A DNA stretch of 62,763 nt, filler included, from Globobulimina sp. (lineage: Eukaryota), in NCBI GenBank assembly GCA_003354225.1. It is 34 parts of 34 records of this genome, joined end to end, with 100 filler letters (N's around TTAATTAATTAA, not from the genome) between each part and the next. Parts side by side here need not be neighbours in the genome. Positions count along the whole stretch, not along the records: positions 46,236 to 47,983 come from PIVH01012398.1; positions 48,084 to 49,831 come from PIVH01012399.1; positions 49,932 to 51,679 come from PIVH01012400.1; positions 51,780 to 53,527 come from PIVH01012401.1; positions 53,628 to 55,375 come from PIVH01012402.1; positions 55,476 to 57,222 come from PIVH01012403.1; positions 57,323 to 59,069 come from PIVH01012404.1; positions 59,170 to 60,916 come from PIVH01012405.1; 26 more parts are not named here. One strand, given 5' to 3'. Made by a program: the position numbers and the translations under genes. Below the pieces are notes generated by a model. The model had not been told where the DNA came from and ran no database searches. It worked only from the letters and a program-made list of their open reading frames with translations. Below, piece by piece: positions 47,940 through 59,460 of the stretch. Within the stretch, counting starts at the first letter, position 1, and each line of letters opens with the position of its first letter.

Positions 47940-48083
47940 AAACCTTACTTTATCTCTTCATAAGATTTTATACAAAAACAATANNNNNNNNNNNNNNNNN
48001 NNNNNNNNNNNNNNNNNNNNNNNNNNNTTAATTAATTAANNNNNNNNNNNNNNNNNNNNNNNNNNNNNNNNNNNNNNNNNNNN

Positions 48084-49181
48084 GCGCCAACCAGAGGTTC
48101 ATTGTATATAAAGTTTTAAACTCCAAGTGAAATATACTGAACCTTTTTGAATGCAAACAGGTGTTATGGATGGTACTGTATTTCGAGAGGTATTGCGGTC
48201 ATTGAAAGAGGAGGCGATGGATGCGCCAAATGCCTGGAATTATTATGTTGATATTATTCAACGAAACATGCTGCGCCGTGCAAACTTATTTAGATCTGAA
48301 AAATATCCGTACGGATCTGAATTTGCGTTCGATACTACCGGCCAGGAAGAGGTCGTAGTTTGGCTTATGTATTTTGCCGATGGCAGCTATGCATCGAATG
48401 ATCCGTATATGGTGGCTGCGAAAAACACAGTGGATCATGTTTTATCTTATATGAAATCATCAGCAACCTGGGCCTATCACGGCGGGTCCAGAAGTTGGGG
48501 CGATTTGGGAAATAATGGCAAATGGATGGTGTCAAGTGGTACACAATCGAGCTTTGAGACGAGGGGGAATATGCATTATCGCAGTGGTCTGAATATGATA
48601 CCATTGATTGAATGGTATCGCGCGAATCCCGATGATTTTATGTTATTAGAATATCAATGGGAGCACAAGCTGGTCAGTTGGTTAATATTGAACCGACATC
48701 GGGTGCACCCTCAATGATGTTACATATGTTACCGCATATTTTGGATTATGATCCGCATTCTGGTGATTTTGGGTTAGGATTTTTTGGACATACATTGGAG
48801 ACTGGTGCGTATTATGTAAGTCATGCAACATATGGCAACTTATGCTATCAATGTGATATTGTTGGTAATGCGGAGTCTGTGGTTACATTTGAAATCATGG
48901 ATTCTTATCGGATTCGGGTGTTTATCGAACCACTCGCAATGTATATACAGTTAGATACTGGCACCATCCATTCGGTAGCAATGAATATGAATGCAAAGAG
49001 TGTGACAGTTACTATGGATAGGGATACTACGCAAACTTATGCAGAACGACGTTTAAGAATCGAGAAAACTTCGGAGTTGCGGCCATGAACAAACTTTAAA
49101 GTTACATCGCCATCAAATGCAAGAGTTGTAAGAAATGCGTATCAATTTACAGGCGATGTTGCTGTGATATCATGGCAATGA
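48084..49181 (+). pseudogene. C-terminal part of a DUF5695-like putative glycoside hydrolase, with a frameshift (~48650) and an in-frame TGA (49086)
   Basis: YPYGSEFAFDTTGQEEV, WAYHG..RSWGD, MHYRSGLN, then in the next frame YDPHSGDFGLGFFGH. The frame stays open for 30 codons past the TGA. Putative intron ~48097-48160. Confidence 0.65.
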
Positions 49182-49353
49182 ATAATGTGTATATTAATTA
49201 TACTGTACAGATTTTTTTTATTATAATGTGTGGGTTGTTCTAACTTCTTTCATTTATTCTTGCTTCTTTTGTCATTAAGTAAGTTTTTTAAAGTGTATAC
49301 CACCTAATTTTTCCGTTTGTTAACCCCCCTCACACAAGTGGGTCTGTTATATA

Positions 49354-49831
49354 ATGACACAGAACGTATTAAATGTATATTATATGACTCATTCAGAACC
49401 TATTTCTTCGTATATTAAATTTATTGGTTATTTTATCTCATTTTTGTTTTATGGCATTTTTTTATTATATAATTGGTGCTATGTGAAAAAGACAAAGATT
49501 GAGCGAGATCGCATTCAAGTTTGGTTGGATAAATCGAATGATTTACGTATATCCGGTATATCCACAGCGGGCGATGTAGAAAACCAGGTAACTTTATTAA
49601 ATCCGTCGGCAATCAACGAACCACAACAAGAAGAAAGAAAAGAAAAACATAATGATAATGAATATATTAAATTTGAATTTGAAATAAAAAATGCGTTATT
49701 ACGATCAAGTTTTGCCATGGCGCGAATAGTCGGTGACTTAATTAATTCGACAGTTATAATAATTTATTTCAATTACTTTACGGGATTACAACTAATGTCA
49801 ATATTTGGCATTATACAGTTAGTCATTTATG
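49354..49831 (+). CDS. Multi-pass membrane protein, partial
   Basis: Several hydrophobic segments. Confidence 0.45.
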
Positions 49832-49932
49832 NNNNNNNNNNNNNNNNNNNNNNNNNNNNNNNNNNNNNNNNNNNNTTAATTAATTAANNNNNNNNNNNNN
49901 NNNNNNNNNNNNNNNNNNNNNNNNNNNNNNNT

Positions 49933-50067
49933 AAACACAAGAAATGATAAAGAAAAGAAACGTTCACGAAAACGGAATTTTAAAAAGCAAAATAAATCAT
50001 CGAAATCTGAACCCGCATATCGGAAAAATACCGCTGGATCACACAGTAAATCCACTGTAAATTTTGT
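49933..50067 (+). repeat. 135-bp direct duplicate of 51023-51157
   Basis: Four mismatches in the first ~50 bp, then identical. Confidence 0.95.
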
Positions 50068-50530
50068 TAAACAATTTCCATCGCATTATACCTTTACCAT
50101 TTTTACAGTCATTATACCATTCGCCTTCGTATTTATCTCCGTTTTTATAAATACAAATTCCATTTCCTTCCCTTTTCCCATTTATCCACTCGCCATCATA
50201 CAATTCATTATTATTATTATTATAATATAAGACTCCGTTTCCATCTCTTTTACCATCATTCCATTCGCCAATGTATTTTGTATTTGTATCTGTTGAGTCA
50301 TTCTGTAAAATTAATGTGCCATAACCATGCCTTACACCGTCATATACATGACCTGAATACGTACAGTTTTGGAAATTATAAGTACCAAAACCTGTCATTT
50401 CACCTTGTTTAAAATCTCCATTGTATGATGTTCCATCATTCCATTTATAATATCCATTTCCATCCATATTGATTGGTCCACGATATTCATGGCCACCATT
50501 CAATTTTGTATCTACTATTTCGGAATTTGT
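50050..50530 (-). CDS. MORN-repeat protein fragment (radial-spoke RSPH10B-like), truncated by the duplication
   Basis: Repeated Y.G.W.NG.R.G.G motifs. Confidence 0.85.
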
Positions 50531-50726
50531 ATTTTCTACAATTTCGTATCTATTCGTTAAAAAACGATGTAATATTGATAAACCGTATAGCTATATGCAT
50601 ATTACAACACTTAACGAAATAACTGCGCCGCGAGCACTGCTATCCATGGTATATATTGTGTTATTATTATAATATCATGAAAACTTTGCAACTGAGTGAA
50701 CTGACAAAAATTGTCTATGTCTTATT

Positions 50727-51419
50727 ATGACTGTACCAAACACGACGCCAAACACGACACCAAATGTTATACACTTTTTGCCTCCAGCACAAGCTAATAA
50801 TGCAACAGCATGGATAATTGTTGCAGTTGTTGTTGCTGTGATAATATCACTATTTGTGTTGGTATTGGTTGTCCGTCAATTAATTAACATGTTTGCACAT
50901 AGAGATTATCAAACAATTTCAAATTCCAATTCAAGCAAATCAATTTTTGAACATTATAACAATGGAGAGGTGAATATCAATTTTGTGCAACCGACAGATT
51001 TAACAGTTACTGCTTCAAATTCAAACACAACAAATGATAAAAAAAAGAAACGTTCACGAAAACGGAAATATAAAAAGCAAAATAAATCATCGAAATCTGA
51101 ACCCGCATATCGGAAAAATACCGCTGGATCACACAGTAAATCCACTGTAAATTTTGTGTCATCGGGCTCTGAAATCTCACTGCATTCCATGGACAAAAAT
51201 AATCCAACACTGCGTGGGCAGCACGGCTATGGCGCAGTGACTGTAATTGACTACAATTCGGATACAAATGAGCTCGAAGAGGATAATCACGGACATGGAT
51301 ATCAACACAATAATAATCAATATGGATCCTTTGGATCACATGGTACTTCCATGGGTTTCGAATTCTCAACAACCAGAACACGGAGAGGATCGATTGAGAC
51401 AACTTCTTCTGATAACTGA
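50727..51419 (+). CDS. Single-pass membrane protein with a basic/Ser-rich cytoplasmic tail
   Basis: TM segment AWIIVAVVVAVIISLFVLVLVV. Confidence 0.7.
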   Translation: MTVPNTTPNTTPNVIHFLPPAQANNATAWIIVAVVVAVIISLFVLVLVVRQLINMFAHRDYQTISNSNSSKSIFEHYNNGEVNINFVQPTDLTVTASNSNTTNDKKKKRSRKRKYKKQNKSSKSEPAYRKNTAGSHSKSTVNFVSSGSEISLHSMDKNNPTLRGQHGYGAVTVIDYNSDTNELEEDNHGHGYQHNNNQYGSFGSHGTSMGFEFSTTRTRRGSIETTSSDN

Positions 51420-51779
51420 CAACATTTGACAGTGAAAACGCTTTGTATTTTAACTTGTTGATATGTTTAGACTTTAGAACTTATAATGGCAGTGATAATC
51501 CGTGAAATATGTCCATACCAAATCAAAGCGGAAATAAGAAACTAAATAATTTCCACGGATTTCGATGTGTATTTTTACAAAACTGCCAAACACTGCAGCT
51601 GTGTCATATATTACGGATTTGGAAACAATGACTATGTACTCTTTTTTTCTTTTTTTCAATATATTTGTTTTGGTCATAANNNNNNNNNNNNNNNNNNNNN
51701 NNNNNNNNNNNNNNNNNNNNNNNTTAATTAATTAANNNNNNNNNNNNNNNNNNNNNNNNNNNNNNNNNNNNNNNNNNNN

Positions 51780-52280
51780 GAGATGCCGCCGTGGCAGGAA
51801 AAATTAAGTTCTGACGAGTTGGATGCGCTCGCTCGTTATGTGAGTAGTACAAATGCATCGGATGAAGACAGTTCAAGTACGGTGGCATATATTTTTGTAG
51901 CGGCGATAGGTGTTTTGCTGGTTATATTATGTATTTTATCGGTGTTATGGATAATAAAATATAAAAAGCGATATGATCGCAATGTGCAGCAAATCAAAAT
52001 GAAAATGAAACCTAAAACGGACTTTCAGTCAAACATTATTAGTAATGGAGGAAGTGATCATCAAAACGGTAGCATTCAATTGACAGAAACGCAGTTCACT
52101 ACAAACGATGGTGCCGCAACTATAAAATTTGACGGCCTGAATGATTTATATACCATTACCACCAAGGAATTGACTTTAGGTGAATGCGATAAAGCACATG
52201 GATATGTAGAGGGTATTGAGAATTCAGAAGATAATTCAGAGGATATGTATGATAAATTAAAGGCAGCAAAATGGAATTAA
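51780..52280 (+). CDS. Chimeric ORF: end of a bacterial class I cytochrome c-like domain joined to a eukaryotic single-pass protein tail
   Basis: MPPWQEKLSSDELDALARYV (MP.W...LS..E..AL..YV) is GC-rich up to ~51842, then AT-rich with a TM segment and acidic tail. Confidence 0.5.
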   Translation, partial: EMPPWQEKLSSDELDALARYVSSTNASDEDSSSTVAYIFVAAIGVLLVILCILSVLWIIKYKKRYDRNVQQIKMKMKPKTDFQSNIISNGGSDHQNGSIQLTETQFTTNDGAATIKFDGLNDLYTITTKELTLGECDKAHGYVEGIENSEDNSEDMYDKLKAAKWN

Positions 52281-52558
52281 TGGAAGTACTGCAAATATGA
52301 GTGTAAGCGATGATGAATGTGAACTGGTTGGAAACACGACAAAAGGCAATGTGACTGAGGGCAATGTCTAAACTAATTAACTAAAATTTTCTTTTTTGTG
52401 TGGTGTTTATATTGTTTTATAGAGAGTGCATGCTGTGTTAAAATAATTAGAACTGTAAAAACGTGCATTTTTTAAGGCAAATATAAATTCGAGTTGGAAA
52501 TGTCAAAATGTCAAAATGATCGCGAATTTGAACAATAAGATTTTAAATTATGAATAAA

Positions 52559-53527
52559 TTATTGCCATAATGCTATAGTAGCATCCCACGAACAAGTCGC
52601 AAGCATCGAACGATTGACTGGATGCCAAACAGCCCCCATAGTCACTTTCTTATGCGCCAATATTTTATGCAGCAACTTTGTATTCCTCCAATCCCAAAAA
52701 TAAAGATAACCGTTGGCATCGCCACTGACAATATAATTCCCATCCGATGAAATATCAATTTGTATGGCATAGCCAGCACACAAATGTCCCGTAAACAGTT
52801 TTTTCTGGTTCAACCTCCCAATTTTATTCGCCGCAGAATAAGTTATCACCGTATTATTCAACGACTGTCCACAAAACCATTTCTTATTTGGATGCAACGT
52901 TAAAAAAGGCACAGAATGTAAATGTGGCTCCGAAATATGTTTAATAACCACCGGCGTGCCATAGTCCCATATAAATATTTTCTTATCATCCGAGGTAGTC
53001 ACAAATCGACGATTATTGTCAATAAATAACACATCATTGACACAACTTAAGTGCTCCTCATATTTCTGCACAATTTTATTATGCCGCATGTCCCATTGCA
53101 CAGCAATTTTATTTTTTTGCCCACACAGAAATTCATTCTCATTCTTTGGATAAAACTTTGACGAAAATGATAAAATGCCCGATGTCCCTCTCCATAAAAC
53201 CACTCCCTTTTCAGTATCAAATAACTTTATCCATTTATCATAAGAGGTAGTTAAAAATCGGCTGCCGGTTCGATTAAAACAGACATTACGTACACCGGCC
53301 GAATGTCCTTTGAAAGTACGCAGTAATTTCTTGTTTTTATCCTCCGCATAAACATCCCATAACTTACACGTACAGTCATTGGACGCAGACAATAATAAAT
53401 GGCCAGTTTTGGGTAGAAATCGAATGCAATTTACACCCGATTTATGTCCAATAAATTGAGCGATGCGTTTCTTTGGTATCATGTATTTGCTGTCTTTGAT
53501 GTTGCGATATTCGGCAGCACAATGCAT
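52559..53527 (-). CDS. CDC40: Splicing factor CDC40/PRP17 WD40 region, 5'-partial
   Basis: IPKK...GH..GV..IRF.P..GHLLLS, VQKYEEHL, RRFVTTSDDK, FTGHLCAGYA, ATCSWD. Confidence 0.93.
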   Translation of the reverse strand: MHCAAEYRNIKDSKYMIPKKRIAQFIGHKSGVNCIRFLPKTGHLLLSASNDCTCKLWDVYAEDKNKKLLRTFKGHSAGVRNVCFNRTGSRFLTTSYDKWIKLFDTEKGVVLWRGTSGILSFSSKFYPKNENEFLCGQKNKIAVQWDMRHNKIVQKYEEHLSCVNDVLFIDNNRRFVTTSDDKKIFIWDYGTPVVIKHISEPHLHSVPFLTLHPNKKWFCGQSLNNTVITYSAANKIGRLNQKKLFTGHLCAGYAIQIDISSDGNYIVSGDANGYLYFWDWRNTKLLHKILAHKKVTMGAVWHPVNRSMLATCSWDATIALWQ

Positions 53528-53627
53528 NNNNNNNNNNNNNNNNNNNNNNNNNNNNNNNNNNNNNNNNNNNNTTAATTAATTAANNNNNNNNNNNNNNNNN
53601 NNNNNNNNNNNNNNNNNNNNNNNNNNN

Positions 53628-54221
53628 CGTGCAAACCAATCAGTGATAGGAATATGTACTTCATCTTTCGGTGTCGGATCTGAACAGCAACAAACAAGTT
53701 CATCTGTGGTTATTGGCGCAATGTTCATCGGTGATGTTATATGGTCAGTATTTGTATGTTGTTTGTTTGTGTATAAATTGAGAACAGTTAAGTTAAGTTA
53801 TCTGAATGCATGATGTGCATTTCTTTAATTCTGATGAACAAAGGTGATCAAAATGGTCAATCCTGAGAATGAAACACATGGCCATCGCAGATATAATATG
53901 ATTCTGCTGACTCGGAAACAAACGATATTGGTTTTCTTTTCATGTTTTTCATCGTTGTTCGCCTTTGGAATGACAGCAGTAATCGATGAGATTGCTTATT
54001 TAGTATCGGTGGATTTGATAGTGAATGCTTTTTGTGTTTGGTTTATGTATAGCTTCACTAAAAATGCATGGAATATATTCGTTAAATATATATGTTGTTG
54101 CTGTTATTGTTGTGTTTTTAAGGAAGAAGCAATTATAACAATGAACTCAATCAAATCACGTTCAAAAACAGATCAAGATTCTGTGTCACCAAAAAGTCCA
54201 AATATTGAACATAAAATATAA
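53628..54221 (+). CDS. C-terminal part of a multi-pass membrane protein, intron ~53788-53843
   Basis: TM segments in two exons separated by gttaag..aag; Cys cluster ICCCCYCC. Confidence 0.55.
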
Positions 54222-54510
54222 TTAAAATTGTATTATTTATCAACGTATAACATGTACTGCTTTAGAACATGAATAATTTGAATTTTGAAACATGAATACG
54301 TTAGAAACTGTATACATTATCCTCGCACACACGGAAGATGGATCACTTCATCTTTACTTTCAAAAATTTCAAATAAGTTATGTTTCAAAAAAAGAATGTT
54401 CTAAAGCAGTATATATGCAAGAAATTGGATAATTTACTATTACGTAAGGAAGCCAATAAAAAAATATTATATATTTGAAGTTTTGAAGATAATACTGCGG
54501 CTTAATATTA

Positions 54511-55107
54511 TTGACTGCGGTCTACGTTTTAATAGCATATCCGGATTGGTATTATGCGCATTTCATCACTATGGACAAATCCACTGTTAATTTTGCAATT
54601 TATCGCCATTTGTCTGCCTCCATTGCAACGTTTTATGTCTGGGAAGTATTAACAAATCGGTATGGACGGTTAAGTGACAGTGTGTTGGCACATCATTGGT
54701 TGACAACGGCTACGGCGGTCGCGATATTATTGGGTGTTTATGCACCATTTGCAACGCATTACGCATATACCGCCATTGGCATGGCATCGCCAATCATTTT
54801 AAGTATGGCTTTTCGGGCCACCGTAATCGACAAATATCCAAGAATCACACGTAAATTATTTGCATTTAGTACGTATTGGTATGCTTTTATTGTGATACTG
54901 AATGTGTGCGGACAATGTTATCTATTAATTGCAGGTTTCATTACAAGCAAAATTCATAGCATATCTTTAATATTGATGGCATTTGCAATGTTTGGATGGA
55001 TGTCTGAGGATTGGCGATTGTTAAAAGCATTAAATCATTGTTCTACGCATGTCCTGGTTGACGGAAACAACAATGAGAAAATGTCGCGCTTTTTGATGTC
55101 TTATTAA
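54511..55107 (+). CDS. Multi-pass membrane protein, possibly TLC-domain
   Basis: FYVWE...VLAHHWLT motif and several TM helices. Confidence 0.5.
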   Translation: MTAVYVLIAYPDWYYAHFITMDKSTVNFAIYRHLSASIATFYVWEVLTNRYGRLSDSVLAHHWLTTATAVAILLGVYAPFATHYAYTAIGMASPIILSMAFRATVIDKYPRITRKLFAFSTYWYAFIVILNVCGQCYLLIAGFITSKIHSISLILMAFAMFGWMSEDWRLLKALNHCSTHVLVDGNNNEKMSRFLMSY

Positions 55108-55479
55108 TTAATTGAATCTATGTACAAATTTGTTTGAATATTTATGCTGTCTCCTTGCACTCTGCAACTTGTACGTATACACAGTCGATCTTATTCTCGA
55201 GTCAACAACACAAAATTAATTAGATGACGAAACATGAACAAATAAATAATTACACTCTCAATCTTTGTGTGCCGTTATAGGCGTCATTTCATTTCCGGCG
55301 TCAGACATATTCAAAGTCGCCGCTTCCATATTTATGGATGATACAGAAGCAGCAGCCGCAGCTCTCAGTTCCTCANNNNNNNNNNNNNNNNNNNNNNNNN
55401 NNNNNNNNNNNNNNNNNNNTTAATTAATTAANNNNNNNNNNNNNNNNNNNNNNNNNNNNNNNNNNNNNNNNNNNNAGTC

Positions 55480-55962
55480 TTGAATATCTATTTCACTTCA
55501 CATTTATTTGTCAAGTTTATCAAAGCTTTTGTTATGATGGATACTCACATTTTCAATGAACCACTACCTTCCAATATGCAAAAAGCGCCATCTACACATT
55601 CTATTATAAAATTAAAACATACAAATTCATTGCCACCCAAAGCAACCAAATGTACCTTGCAATTGACCCCAGTCCCACCACCAAAAGATTTATATGGCTC
55701 CAAAGTGTCCGTGTCAACAACTGCAGGAACTCTTAAATATGATTACAACGGGAATCTACCATCAAAAATGATAAATATTAAGCAGACAACCCGGAAGTCC
55801 CTAAAACAAAGGAAAAAGGCAATTAATCAGCAACAAAATATAGATTCAATTGTCCACCAACACAAAATATCGTATGAGGATGATGCTAAATTGTCAAATT
55901 TTAAAATAATTCATGAGGATGAATTAAGTAACGGTTTGTTTAATGATGTTATTATTGAATGA
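55480..55962 (+). CDS. C-terminal fragment of an unknown eukaryotic protein
   Basis: 160-aa ORF at the contig edge. Confidence 0.4.
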   Translation: MNIYFTSHLFVKFIKAFVMMDTHIFNEPLPSNMQKAPSTHSIIKLKHTNSLPPKATKCTLQLTPVPPPKDLYGSKVSVSTTAGTLKYDYNGNLPSKMINIKQTTRKSLKQRKKAINQQQNIDSIVHQHKISYEDDAKLSNFKIIHEDELSNGLFNDVIIE

Positions 55963-56150
55963 TTCATTGAGCATTGTTTAATGTCTCTATACATTTTTTT
56001 TTGTTTGTTTTATTTGTGTTATTATTTTTTTATTGCTTTTTTTTCTCTTCATTGGTTCATTTGATTTATCATATATTTTAGGCGACGGTGCTATATTTTA
56101 GACAATTTTTATTATTAAGTAGCACTGAAACGTTTTTTGACTTAGCTACG

Positions 56151-57222
56151 ATGAATGGCTTAAGTTGCGTGAAAGGAGAGATCCACAACGTTTTAACAGT
56201 GTTGCGAATAACAGAACGTTCATCATCAAGTGGGTTTTTTGCTTTTGGAGTTACATCATCATATTCACGTCATGATAACATTGAGATATTGCGACATAAA
56301 CTGTTAGCATCATTCAAGGAATTACATTTATTTTTATCATTACAAAACGATGACGTAGATTTAACTGACATTGATACCACACTATTTATCCGACCATTTT
56401 GTGATGTTATTCTGTCGGATGGCATTCGAGGCATCGATATAAATAATGTGGCACTAACATCCATACACAAATTTTTATTGTATGGATTAATATCAAACAA
56501 ATCAAAAAAATCATTTGAGGCAATAAATGATGTATTAATGCACTCAATTTTTAACATTTCATTTGATGATAATTCACGTAGTGATAAAGAGTTAATACAT
56601 ATTCGTTTAATGGAGATATTATTGGAACTATTACGTTGTTCCGCTGGTTACCTATTAACAAACGACAATCTTTGTTTATGCGTACAAAAATGTTTCGAGA
56701 TTCGACTATTTCATCGAAATTATAATAAAACCAATAACTGTTTAATGGTTCGATACACTGAGAATGTCTTAATCCAAATGGTCTTATTAATATTTACCAA
56801 AATCAAACACATTGATACCAATGATATCGATATAAAAGGCTTTAATATCCAGGCAATGTCGCGTATTCTTAAATATTTGACACTGATTATAAACCCAAAT
56901 AAAATGGATTCTGTGCCAGATATTCGCGAGTTTGGCTTGAGATTAATAAATGTCGCACTAGAAACTGCGGGAAAACATTTAAATGAACATCGCGAACTAA
57001 TATTGATAATCCAAGACGATCTATGCAGGCAATTATTAATCAATTCGCAGTCGCATAACATATTAATATTGTCACTGACATTACGTGTTATATTTAATTT
57101 GTTCAATGCCGTTAAAGATGCCATTCGTGTGCAATTAGAAGTATTTTTTATTAGTATTCATCTACGAATTGCTGAGTCGACCTCGTCCACCTTTGAGCAG
57201 AAAGAGTTAATCTTGGAAAGTA
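56151..57222 (+). CDS. GBF1: GBF1/Gea/GNOM-type Arf-GEF N-terminus (DCB and HUS regions), 3'-partial
   Basis: GEIHNVLTVLR, PFCDVI.S, AL.SIHKFL, LINVALE, IQDDLCRQLL, QLEVFF, EQKELILES. Confidence 0.88.
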
Positions 57223-57322
57223 NNNNNNNNNNNNNNNNNNNNNNNNNNNNNNNNNNNNNNNNNNNNTTAATTAATTAANNNNNNNNNNNNNNNNNNNNNN
57301 NNNNNNNNNNNNNNNNNNNNNN

Positions 57323-58607
57323 AAATATTTATTTCCAGTTCAGATCCCTGTTTCATATATTTTTCATACAACAGATACGATGTGATTTTAAAATGTTTAA
57401 TAAATCCATTTTTATTTTTGCAATCATCAGTTTTTGCGCTCCCATTGTAAACAATTGATGATTTGGGAATTGATTCGCATATTTTATAACATTTGTGTTC
57501 ATCGTCATTCTCATAATGATATTCATCACATATCCGTAATATATGTTGCTTATATTGAACAAATTCGATAAAACTAAACATAATCTCTGTTGAAAATTCT
57601 TTGGATAAATAATGCAAAAACAATTCAAACTCACTATAATCAGCCAATGCGTTCAATAATTTTCTTTCGTTGCTCAGATTTTCGTTGTTTTTTCGTGTTT
57701 GCATATCAATGATCGTCGACAATTGCAATACAGCAACGTCTGTTTGTTTTAAATCATTCCATTCTGTTTTCGATATGATTTTCTTTGGTATCCACAAGGT
57801 ACTCAATAAGGACACAAATGTAATCGATGGCGCCACCAAAAAGACAGTGAGTGCGGCCGAAAGAAACTTATCCTGGAAATATATTATTTGATTGATTAAA
57901 TAGATACAATTACCGACAGTGAATAGAATTGTGGTCACTTTGAATTCGTACTGAAATAGAAAACAATCATTTAAATCTGTCGGACATTGCGAGTACATAT
58001 AAATTATAGTTATAACCGGTAATCCATAGAAACAGCCGTCAATACATTGAATAATTTGGGTATATTTGAAAAAAAATAAATTAAATAAAATACATAAAAA
58101 TGTGGCAGTAAATACGAAATAGAAAAACACGCGGCCGATGACCCATCGTTTATTGCCATATTTATGTTTATTATTAATGTACCAATTTGCTACATTGTTG
58201 TTTGTATGCGCATCAATCTTATATTTCCATTCTTGATTTATAAATTTTAAATGGTTTAAATCATAAAATATTAGCCATAATCGTGATAATTCTGCATTAA
58301 CAATAAAATGGCCACAATACGGATACGTATTGAAACCGATCCGTATCAGCAACCATTCATTTGCTATTATACCATTCCGTGGCAATAATAATACATTATA
58401 TGCCAGACCGACATAAGACATTGTTAAATAGATGATGCATGCTACGGATTCAATGAATAATATTTTCGGATATCGTTTAATTACAATTGTTAAATGTTTT
58501 ATTGAATATAATTTCCATATGCCATACAGTTGCAGAATTGCAACAGTACAGCCAAATACTATAGAAATTAGCCACAATATAAGCCTATCATTCGCAGCCT
58601 CAAACAT
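57323..58607 (-). CDS. 7TM-RGS protein, 3'-partial
   Basis: About 7 hydrophobic helices (KRYP after TM1), then RGS motifs FLHYLSKEFSTE and LYEKYM..GSELEINI. Confidence 0.85.
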
Positions 58608-58878
58608 TTTTGAAAAATCCTATATCTTGAATTAAAATGTTAGTGTACTTGATGAAAACGTTAGAATTCTAAGATTAACAAAAGTGCCACAAAAGTTGAC
58701 AAAACTAAATGCATTTTTATATTCACAAACATGGGGAGAGAGAGAGAGATCATTGATAGTAAAATGAAACAATACAAAATAATTCGATATACCATCAATG
58801 AACATTAGTGAATATATACATGGACATAAAAAGATAATTACGATTCAGTTAAATAACGCGGATTTGTCTGGGGTGTGC

Positions 58879-59069
58879 TCTGTCTGCTCTTTTGTGTGGC
58901 GTGAGCTCTGTCTGCTCTTATTTGTGTGGTGTGGGCTCTGAGCGTCATAAAGTGATTACACATATGTTCGAGTCAATCAATCAGAAAAAAATTATTTTTA
59001 GGGTTTAGGTTAGACCAAACACACAAATAAGAGCAGACAGAGCTCACGCCACACAAAAGAGCAGACAGA
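58879..59069. repeat. 50-bp perfect inverted repeat (58879-58928 / 59020-59069) made of ~27-bp tandem units
   Basis: tctgtctgctcttttgtgtggcgtgagctctgtctgctcttatttgtgtg and its exact reverse complement. The spacer contains tttagggtttaggttag. Confidence 0.9.
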
Positions 59070-59169
59070 NNNNNNNNNNNNNNNNNNNNNNNNNNNNNNN
59101 NNNNNNNNNNNNNTTAATTAATTAANNNNNNNNNNNNNNNNNNNNNNNNNNNNNNNNNNNNNNNNNNNN

Positions 59170-59460
59170 TTGAGGTATTTTAATGAATTTCGAGTCGATT
59201 GTTATGAACGAAACGATGAAGAGATCCAAAAAGCCCTTGACGCGAATAACTGGTGGTGTGTTCCCGATATTATTGAAACATACTTTGATGAACAGACCGA
59301 AATCATGTACTCGAATGTGTATTATGTGCGCCATCATGCTCGTCCAAAGACTCCCATCATTGATTTAACAACAACAGACTCAGAGAATGCTCGTTCTCGT
59401 CCAATTGCTGGAAGCCAGAGGAAAAGAAATAGGGCGGGCGAGATATTGGGCGATGACTAA
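59170..59460 (+). CDS. C-terminal fragment of an unknown protein
   Basis: ORF from the contig edge with a SIM-like PIIDLT and an RKR motif. Confidence 0.4.
   Translation: MRYFNEFRVDCYERNDEEIQKALDANNWWCVPDIIETYFDEQTEIMYSNVYYVRHHARPKTPIIDLTTTDSENARSRPIAGSQRKRNRAGEILGDD

Noticed and set aside
23456..49088. Alternative genetic code suggested by in-frame TAA/TGA in several contigs
   Set aside because: AAR2 and CDC40 end at TAA and the phosphatase at TGA in the expected places, Trp is TGG, and other internal stops are explained by introns or decayed elements.
51783..52280. Novel cytochrome c-membrane protein fusion
   Set aside because: Only ~20 codons resemble cytochrome c, no CxxCH is visible, and composition shifts abruptly; probable chimera.
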